A stretch of DNA of 54,194 nucleotides from a virus (lineage: Duplodnaviria > Caudoviricetes), in IMG/VR virus record IMGVR_UViG_3300005470_000003, positions 1 through 54,194 of that record; one strand, written 5' to 3'. Below the pieces are notes generated by a model. The model did no database searches. It was not told where the DNA came from and worked only from the letters and a program-made list of their open reading frames with translations. A program made the position numbers and the translations under genes. This document shows positions 47,428-54,194 of the stretch, one piece after another; position 1 is the first letter of the stretch, and each line of letters begins with the position of its first letter.

Positions 47428-48570
47428 ATGATTAAACTAACGGAAAGTAATGATTATAAAGTTGTTAAAGTGAAGCCAATTACTTCTGCTGAAAAGAAAG
47501 CCTTGCAAAAATTACAAGGTATGTTTGAAGTAGTATATGAATTTTTTTCAGAAAAGAATAAAACTAAAGCAGGGTATTTTCTGTTTAAACAAAATATAGC
47601 CCAATACTTAAAATTGCCATTTGCTAAACCATTGGTTTCAATTATATCAAATATAGATAAAGAACTTGAAAGTATTCAAGGAGCCAGAAAAGATTTAGAT
47701 AAAACAAATAAACAATTTAATGCCAAGGTGGATAAGTTTATAGGTTTAGTTAAGAAGCAGGACATCAATGGTTTTATAAAGATGTCAAAGGAAATGGCAT
47801 CTATTAATAAGTCCATTCAAAAGGCCCTAACTAGTACAGAAGGAACAGTTAAGGAGATTAGGAATCCTTTCAAGAAAGAAAGTAATTGGTTATTTCAAGC
47901 TACCGGTATTTTGAAAAACTTTGATTTAGTTGATATGAAGAAAATCATTGATATTGACCTTTCAAAGTTCAAGTTTAGTTATTTGAACTTTCCATCAAAG
48001 CATCTCAATGATTTCGAATACCTTGTTATATTTGCTCAGAAGTTAAGGGATAGTGATGAGGAAGTAGGGATAGATCAAGAAGATTTTCATAGATTTACAG
48101 ATTTTTTATATCAAGCTAAGGGAGATTGGCAAGAGTTAAGAAATATGGTTGATGATTATCTTCATAGAAACAATAAAAACCTAATACCAAAAATTATTGC
48201 GAAATTAGATGAATTTGATGAATTAAAATTAGCTAATGATAATCAGAAGAAAAAGCTTAAATACTTATACCGTGGTGTGGGTGGTGAAGGTGAATATCAG
48301 TCTAAAAAAGCTATCGATAAGATTTTAAAAGAAGAAAAGAAACGTAAAATTGTTTCTACATCTAAATTTAAAGATTCTGCTGAAAATTTTGCTATGCATA
48401 AAGGACATTTAATGGGTAGTCGTAACAATGATTGGGGTCTTTTGATAACTTATAAGGTTAATCCAAATTCTATTATTCTTGATACCGAAATTTTTGGTTC
48501 AATATTTGGTGAGTCAGAGGTTTTGATTGATACTTCAAAAGCTAAAGTTGACAATTATGAGGTTGTATGA
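47428..48570 (+). CDS. R-S-E class ADP-ribosyltransferase (Alt/Mod/VIP2-like C-terminal domain)
   Basis: LYRG, VSTS, A.NFA and ESEVLI after a long helical region. Confidence 0.78.
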   Translation: MIKLTESNDYKVVKVKPITSAEKKALQKLQGMFEVVYEFFSEKNKTKAGYFLFKQNIAQYLKLPFAKPLVSIISNIDKELESIQGARKDLDKTNKQFNAKVDKFIGLVKKQDINGFIKMSKEMASINKSIQKALTSTEGTVKEIRNPFKKESNWLFQATGILKNFDLVDMKKIIDIDLSKFKFSYLNFPSKHLNDFEYLVIFAQKLRDSDEEVGIDQEDFHRFTDFLYQAKGDWQELRNMVDDYLHRNNKNLIPKIIAKLDEFDELKLANDNQKKKLKYLYRGVGGEGEYQSKKAIDKILKEEKKRKIVSTSKFKDSAENFAMHKGHLMGSRNNDWGLLITYKVNPNSIILDTEIFGSIFGESEVLIDTSKAKVDNYEVV

Positions 48571-48627
48571 ATCGAGAAATTTTGATGTAATTACAAGAAA
48601 ATTAATTTATCATAAAACGGTAAAGTC

Positions 48628-49587
48628 ATGAAAGCTTTAAAACTTATAAATATAATAAATGAACTTTCGTATCGTGTAGAAAATATACCAAAACTGTTTA
48701 GGGTTGTTCTAACTTTAGAAGATGCTGTAAAAGATTTGAAAAAACAGGAATTGAATGGTGTTACCGGAATTTCAGATACTAAGGAAATTGTGATGTCTTT
48801 CCTTGGTGTGGCAAGAGATACAGTATTAATTATGCCAGCCAAGGAAACTGAAAAAATGAACAAGTTGTCTCGCATAATGTATGATAATCCACATTATCTT
48901 CTGCAAGATAATATGTATGCCTTAATGAGAATTTGGGACCGAACTCCTAGATCGATGGATGGAGTCATATTTAATATTTTTGAGTATGTTGTAGCATATT
49001 GGAAGGAAAGTCATAATCATGAAGAATTAGTTTATCCGGCACAATATTTTGCCTGGTGGCAAGCATTAGCTAATGTTTATTATGAGAAGGCTAAAAAGAT
49101 CAATAACATTGATGATCTCACTAAATGGGCCATAAAAACAACAAAAAATGAATTAGTTAAAGAGTATAGACATTATGCTGAAGAGATTGCTAAACTTTCA
49201 TACAAAGAAATGAGAGATTCTATTTGGAATGGGCTATTAAGAGTAAAGAAGATTTATGGTTCTGAAGGTGAGTGGGTAATAAAAGATAAGATTTTAAAAA
49301 TTCCAAATGGTTCTACTTTGTTGGTTTTGAAGTATCCTGCATCAACTTGGAAATATAGTATAATGGATTTCATGACTAATCTTAGGGCTGGTAAATTAAA
49401 AGAATTTAGCAAAGATTTACCTGATGATGAAATTAATGATGCCTATAGTGATTATATATGGAAACATTCGCCTCAATTAAAGTTGGTTAAAGATAATAAA
49501 TTAGATAAATTATATAAAGTTATTTTCTTGAATGCACAGGAATTTGATGGAATTAAAAAACGATTTTTTTCCAAAAAATACAGTTGA
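48628..49587 (+). CDS. Leader-bearing protein, possibly a divergent ART
   Basis: MKALKLINIINE; LFR, GIS, EGEWV (weak). Confidence 0.6.
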   Translation: MKALKLINIINELSYRVENIPKLFRVVLTLEDAVKDLKKQELNGVTGISDTKEIVMSFLGVARDTVLIMPAKETEKMNKLSRIMYDNPHYLLQDNMYALMRIWDRTPRSMDGVIFNIFEYVVAYWKESHNHEELVYPAQYFAWWQALANVYYEKAKKINNIDDLTKWAIKTTKNELVKEYRHYAEEIAKLSYKEMRDSIWNGLLRVKKIYGSEGEWVIKDKILKIPNGSTLLVLKYPASTWKYSIMDFMTNLRAGKLKEFSKDLPDDEINDAYSDYIWKHSPQLKLVKDNKLDKLYKVIFLNAQEFDGIKKRFFSKKYS

Positions 49588-49723
49588 TAATAAAGATTTA
49601 ACAATTTACGATTATTACAGAATCTACAATTATTGGGATAAAATGTGTGATGAAATTCCTGATTTAAAGAAATTGAAAATCAAGGATTTTTTGAAATTTA
49701 AAAAGGAATTGAAGGGGGCTAAA

Positions 49724-49933
49724 ATGAAATCTGGTTGGAGAACTACTGAATTTTGGACTTCTGTTGGTACTTCTATTGTTGGAATATTGGTTGTATTGGG
49801 GTGGATTACACCTGATTTTCAACAAGATATGCCAGGGTTAATTGAGAAGTTGACTGGTGGCGTAATATCTATTGTTTCAGTGGTTTCTTACATCTGGAGC
49901 AGAACTAAGGTAAAATCATCCAATAAAGTTTAA
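49724..49933 (+). CDS. Holin-like small membrane protein
   Basis: GWRTTEFW, two hydrophobic helices, basic tail, GGGG RBS. Confidence 0.6.
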   Translation: MKSGWRTTEFWTSVGTSIVGILVVLGWITPDFQQDMPGLIEKLTGGVISIVSVVSYIWSRTKVKSSNKV

Positions 49934-49941
49934 TAATCTTG

Positions 49942-49964
49942 GTCGATAACCCCCATACCTAAGG
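49942..49964 (+). repeat. Orphan copy of the IscB element upstream end
   Basis: GTCGATAACCCCCATACCTAAGG. Confidence 0.75.
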
Positions 49965-49974
49965 AAAATTTGAA

Positions 49975-50409
49975 ATGGTAATTTGGATAACTGGTAAAGC
50001 CGGTGCTGGAAAAACCTTTTTAGCTAAAAATTTAAAAAGTCAATTAAATAATATAAATTATCCGTGTTTAATAATTGATGGTGATGAATTACGTAAAATT
50101 GTTGATTATGGATATTCACACGAAGGTCGTTATAAAAATGTAATGTTTGCCTCAAAACTAGCAGGTATGTCTGAAGAACAGGGAATTATTGCTATAATTT
50201 CAATGGTTTCACCTATAAAAGAACATAGATTTGAGGCAAGACAATTATTTAAGAATTCTGAATTGATACATGTTTTGGGTGGAAAATTGTGGGAAGGGTC
50301 TGTTTATGATGAACCCGATGAAGATGAGGCAAGTTTTATCTATGATTGGAGAAACAAAACTGTCGTCAGGAATTCTTTCTCATGGGTTGGAAATTTTCTA
50401 AAATTCTAG
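49975..50409 (+). CDS. cysC: Adenylyl-sulfate (APS) kinase-like protein
   Basis: VIWITG..GAGKT, IDGDELR, GYS.EGR..N, SP....R, YDEP. Shorter than typical CysC. Confidence 0.8.
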   Translation: MVIWITGKAGAGKTFLAKNLKSQLNNINYPCLIIDGDELRKIVDYGYSHEGRYKNVMFASKLAGMSEEQGIIAIISMVSPIKEHRFEARQLFKNSELIHVLGGKLWEGSVYDEPDEDEASFIYDWRNKTVVRNSFSWVGNFLKF

Positions 50410-50602
50410 ACATAGGGTGATGATGTGATATTATATAGCAATGTGCCTACAATTACAGACGGTAATGTTCAGAAAGTTTTAGTTGATGATTTCAATGGCA
50501 GCGTTCTGCTTTCCGACATATTAAAAGAAATGAAGAAAATGAATCTGCATATGTCCATAGTAAATGATATGAGTATAGAAAATACGGAAGTGGAGGTATA
50601 AT

Positions 50603-50881
50603 ATGCCAGATATGATTAAAGGTGGTGGAGCAAGAAGTTATCTTGCAATAGTTAATTCAAAAGGTAGATTATTAACTAGAGCTACAATTGTTGAACAAAG
50701 GTTAAAAGCAGCTATAGATGGGGATTATTATGAAGCAACATCTGGAGCTTTAACACTTACGGATGCAAATGAAATGTGGCCTTTGTATTTATTGAATTCT
50801 GACCAGAATAAAAGAGTGATAGTAATTGATAGGTTATTTTTTGATTGCTGGGAAAGTACAGGAGGTTCTAACTGCTTATGA
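50603..50881 (+). pseudogene. Phage gene apparently truncated by the IS607 insertion
   Basis: GGAGG RBS. The ORF ends just after the composition shift near 50866. Confidence 0.5.
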
Positions 50882-50918
50882 AAATCCAACAAAATCAAAA
50901 GAAATCGGTTAAAATCAC

Positions 50919-50947
50919 TTGCTTTTTAACCCAAAATGTAGTATATT
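50919..50947 (+). promoter_or_regulatory. Sigma70-type promoter
   Basis: TTGCTT-17 bp-TATATT upstream of an AAGGAG RBS. Confidence 0.6.
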
Positions 50948-50960
50948 AAAGGAGTGAAAT

Positions 50961-51119
50961 ATGAAAGTCATAAAGGTAACGAAAGAGTATTTTCAGACAG
51001 AGGACGAGAAGGTTTATTTCTTCGAGCCTTTGGAAAAAGAAATATCCGTCGAAGATATGCAGAAGATTGTGGACACAAACAAAAAATTAGTTAAGGAGTT
51101 GAAAGATGAAAATAAGTAG
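50961..51119 (+). CDS. Small protein within the IS607 element
   Basis: Own translation MKVIKVTKEYFQTEDEKVYFFEPL..., 52 aa. Confidence 0.65.
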   Translation: MKVIKVTKEYFQTEDEKVYFFEPLEKEISVEDMQKIVDTNKKLVKELKDENK

Positions 51120-51597
51120 AGTTTGGTCAATGCCGTCTATCTGGACATTTGGCATGAAGCCTGTCGGAAAGTTGTTTTCTGAATATGGTGTTGGTGTGGG
51201 ATGGGTTGACCCCTTTGCAGGCGAAAAAAGTCCTGCGGAACACAGAAACGACATAGAAGGTCGGGGAAATCCAAGCCAATTAGACGCATTGGAATTTCTG
51301 AAAACTCTACCAGATAACAATTTTGGGGGTGTTTTATTTGACCCCCCTTACTCGACTGAACAGTGCCTACGAAGATACACACCAAAACACAACGGAACAG
51401 CGGGAAGAGCAGAGTATTGGGCAAAATGTAAAGATGAAATTTCCCGAATCCTTAAAAACGGTGGTTTGTGTATTAGTTTTTGTTGGGACAGTGTGGGTAT
51501 TGGAGCAAACAGGGGCTTTGAAATAGAAGAAATTTTACTTATTTGTCATGGGGCTTGCCATAACGACACTATTGTTACGGTAGATAGGAAGAAATGA
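51106..51597 (+). CDS. Small amino-methyltransferase-like protein (putative DNA adenine methylase)
   Basis: VDPFAG and FDPPYS motifs, HG..HNDTI. Confidence 0.8.
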   Translation: MKISRVWSMPSIWTFGMKPVGKLFSEYGVGVGWVDPFAGEKSPAEHRNDIEGRGNPSQLDALEFLKTLPDNNFGGVLFDPPYSTEQCLRRYTPKHNGTAGRAEYWAKCKDEISRILKNGGLCISFCWDSVGIGANRGFEIEEILLICHGACHNDTIVTVDRKK

Positions 51598-52211
51598 AAA
51601 TCTATAAAATCACAGAAGCAAGCGAATATCTTGGGGTGTCAATCAACACGCTCAAGACGCTTGCCAACAATGGAAAGATAAAATCTTTCAAGACTACTGG
51701 TGAGCATAGGCGTTTCCGTCAGGAAGACTTAGACGCTTATATGGGAATCGAGAAAGAGAAGCAAGAAAAGGTTACGGTGATTTATGCAAGATGTTCAACC
51801 GCAAAGCAGAAAGAAAACCTTGAACGGCAAAAAGACAGGTTGAGAAAACACGCCGAAGCCAAAGGGTACAAATATGTTTTGATTGATGAGATTGCCAGCG
51901 GGATAAACGAGAAACGGAACGGCATACACAAGTTAATCAAGATGTGCTTTGAAGGCAAAGTTGAACGGGTACTGATTGAATACAAAGACAGGCTTGCTCG
52001 ATTCGGTTATGAATATCTTGACGCTATTTTCTCTAATCTGGAAATCACAGTTGAAATAATGGAAGTGAAAGACAAAAAATATGAAGAAGAACTGGCAGAG
52101 GATATTATGAAAATTCTCACCTGTTATTCGGCTCGTTATTACGGAGCAAGAGGTGGTAGAAAGAAGAAAAACAAGGCTGAAAATGAGCCAGTCGAATCTA
52201 ATGGAATTTAA
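51594..52211 (+). CDS. tnpA: IS607 transposase (MerR-like HTH plus serine recombinase)
   Basis: EASEYLGVS..TL, GEHRRF, IYARCST, L.RQ, EIASG, DRLARFG. Confidence 0.93.
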   Translation: MKIYKITEASEYLGVSINTLKTLANNGKIKSFKTTGEHRRFRQEDLDAYMGIEKEKQEKVTVIYARCSTAKQKENLERQKDRLRKHAEAKGYKYVLIDEIASGINEKRNGIHKLIKMCFEGKVERVLIEYKDRLARFGYEYLDAIFSNLEITVEIMEVKDKKYEEELAEDIMKILTCYSARYYGARGGRKKKNKAENEPVESNGI

Positions 52212-52301
52212 AAAGGAAATGTCATTGACTGTAAATGATAATTTATCTGGGCTATTGGTATTAAAAGTCGGAGCAGGTTCAAAAATAGAGACTAGACGAT
52301 A

Positions 52302-53366
52302 ATGCAATTTATACATGGACAAAATATACCTTTCACTTTACAATTGATAAAATCAGATAATACTTACGATGAAGATGCTTCTGTTACCTATGATATTTAT
52401 TCATCAGATTTATCAGAGGTTTATTTTGAAGGTATTGAGGTTCAATGGAATGAAACATTACAGGCATATTATGATCTTTTAGAATGTGATTCTGTTGGTG
52501 TTTTATTACCAGGAAATTATATAATCAAATGGACTATCTCTAACACACTTTTCTTTCCTTCTACTATGGTGGAAAATTTTAGTATTGTAGAAACCTCAAA
52601 TTCAGGAAATCCAGTTGATTTATCTGGTATAAATACAAAATTAGATAATATACAAACAGACTTGGATAATCCAGATCAATATAAAGCGGATGTTAGTGGA
52701 TTAGCTTTAGCAGGGGAATATAATATCAGATTAGCTACCATCCAAGCTGACTTGGATGATGTGTCACAATATCAAACTGATATTTCTGATTTAGTTACAG
52801 CTGTAAAATTAGAAACAGAACTCGCAATTTTAGAACAAAATATCATAGGGTCAGAATCAACTGGAAATAATTTACAATCGTTATCAGAACAAATTGGAGC
52901 TGTTGCTGGTAGTGTATGGGATCAATCAATAGATGAACATAATGAGGCTAGATCATTTGGGGAATTGGTACAAAATGTTCAAATTGATATGAAACGAGCG
53001 TTAGGTTTAATGCATGAAAATATTTTTATTGATTTACCTACTTATGATACTGACAGTAATTTGGTAGGTGCTAGGGTTCGTATTTATTCTAATCCAGAAT
53101 CAGTGGGAACAACAGCGAATATTATTGGTACATATACTATTACATCGGAATCAACGGGACCTGGTAAATTCGATACTTGGAAGCAAGTTGGTACAATAGG
53201 GGAGTCCAGTGCATTTGAAAGAACTCCTCTCGAAGCAGACGATATTTCGTTTAATCCTACTGATACCATAGAAGCTAATACAATCCAAGAGGCAATAGAG
53301 GAAATGTGGACTGAATTATATAATGAAATTGGAGAAGCAGGAGATGTAGATGGAGGGGAGTGGTAG
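52302..53366 (+). CDS. Probable virion structural protein
   Basis: Acidic 354 aa protein with repeated IQxDLD..QY..D and C-terminal DGGEW. Adjacent to the tail-fibre-like gene. Confidence 0.6.
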   Translation: MQFIHGQNIPFTLQLIKSDNTYDEDASVTYDIYSSDLSEVYFEGIEVQWNETLQAYYDLLECDSVGVLLPGNYIIKWTISNTLFFPSTMVENFSIVETSNSGNPVDLSGINTKLDNIQTDLDNPDQYKADVSGLALAGEYNIRLATIQADLDDVSQYQTDISDLVTAVKLETELAILEQNIIGSESTGNNLQSLSEQIGAVAGSVWDQSIDEHNEARSFGELVQNVQIDMKRALGLMHENIFIDLPTYDTDSNLVGARVRIYSNPESVGTTANIIGTYTITSESTGPGKFDTWKQVGTIGESSAFERTPLEADDISFNPTDTIEANTIQEAIEEMWTELYNEIGEAGDVDGGEW

Positions 53367-54194
53367 ATGTCTAATAAAATTCAAGTAAAACGGGGAGTGG
53401 TAGCATCGCTTCCAACTTTAGATAGTGGCGAATTTGGTTTTTGCACCGATACTCAACAAGTATTTATAGGCACAAATGCAACAAATTATGAAGTATTAAT
53501 GAAACATGCGTTTAATGCTACTTCATTTTTATATGCTACTTCTGATAATACTCCAGAAAACAAAACTCCTGCGGAAGTATTAAGTATTTTATCGGGTCAA
53601 GCTAATGCATCGTTTAGTTTAAATAATCAAAAATTAACTTCGGTATTAGACCCCACATCTTCACAAGATGCTGCTACAAAAGCTTATGTTGATAGTGTAG
53701 CTCAAGGTTTAAATGTCCATACAGCAGTAGCATGTGCCTCTACTGAAAATGTCACTTTATCAGGTGAACAAACTATAGATGGGATTTTAACATCCACTAG
53801 TCGTATATTGTTAAAAGATCAAACAGATGCTTCTGAAAATGGTCTATACGTTACAGCGAGTGGGGCATGGGCTAGAGCATCTGATATGGATGCTAATGAT
53901 GAAGTAGCCAGTTCTTTTGTTTTTGTAACGGGTGGTACTGTAAACAGTAATACAGGTTGGGTATGTACTAATGAACCTGAGACTGTGGCAATTGGAACTG
54001 ATAATATTGTTTGGAGTCAATTTAGTGATGCAGGTTACATTGACGCTGGAACCGGACTCATTAAATCTGGTAATCAACTTTCTGTAAATGCGGAGTTAGC
54101 TGCAATATCGGGATTAACTAGTGCTGCTAATAAAATTCCATATTTTACTGGTTCTGAAACAGCTGGATTACTGGATTTAGTAACAAGTGTTGGA
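53367..54194 (+). CDS. Tail-fibre-like structural protein (runs off the window end)
   Basis: Own translation MSNKIQVKRG..LPTL..GEFGF.TDT, DAATKAYVD, LSGEQTIDG..RILLKDQT...ENGLY. Open to the end of the window. Confidence 0.75.
   Translation, partial: MSNKIQVKRGVVASLPTLDSGEFGFCTDTQQVFIGTNATNYEVLMKHAFNATSFLYATSDNTPENKTPAEVLSILSGQANASFSLNNQKLTSVLDPTSSQDAATKAYVDSVAQGLNVHTAVACASTENVTLSGEQTIDGILTSTSRILLKDQTDASENGLYVTASGAWARASDMDANDEVASSFVFVTGGTVNSNTGWVCTNEPETVAIGTDNIVWSQFSDAGYIDAGTGLIKSGNQLSVNAELAAISGLTSAANKIPYFTGSETAGLLDLVTSVG

Larger units (their letters stand above)
50866..52235 (+). mobile_element. IS607-family element with cargo and no tnpB (boundaries approximate)
   Basis: Higher GC block with its own promoter, a small ORF, a methyltransferase and a serine-recombinase tnpA. 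Confidence 0.7.

Noticed and set aside
302-54077. Minus-strand ORFs and short alternate-frame ORFs in the supplied track
   Set aside because: They overlap better-supported + strand genes or repeats, lack ribosome-binding sites and show no recognisable motifs.
1-54194. CRISPR array
   Set aside because: No run of equal-length repeats with unique spacers. All repeats seen are dispersed and have 2-5 copies.

Overview
A 54 kb segment of a large, AT-rich tailed (probably jumbo-type) bacteriophage genome read with the standard genetic code, with essentially all real genes on the + strand. Region 1-14 kb is an accessory region of small ORFs. It holds a Pol-beta-like nucleotidyltransferase, tRNA-Leu(UAA), YidD, Lar-like proteins, DUF1566/C-type-lectin genes with DGR-type variable regions, a metallophosphoesterase and PurB. 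It also holds three copies of a ~140 bp cassette with a perfect sigma54 -24/-12 motif and tandem TGT-N10-ACA sites at identical spacing. Region 14-50 kb holds the terminase large subunit and about 25-30 unrelated ORFs or ORF stubs that share one short N-terminal leader (M-x-[KR]-A-x-x-I-[IL]-x-x-[LFI]-x0-4-E). The leader resembles a capsid-targeting, protease-cleaved sequence, and its cargoes include 5-7 ADP-ribosyltransferase-like domains, an LRR protein, a methyltransferase and a ParB-like domain. Also present are a five-PAS protein with no kinase next to a lone receiver domain, a sulfotransferase and an APS kinase, two IscB/omegaRNA elements with orphan end fragments, a three-copy structured RNA candidate with compensatory base changes, and an IS607 element carrying a methyltransferase. 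The window ends in virion/tail-fibre genes. All calls come from reading motifs by eye; no searches were run.
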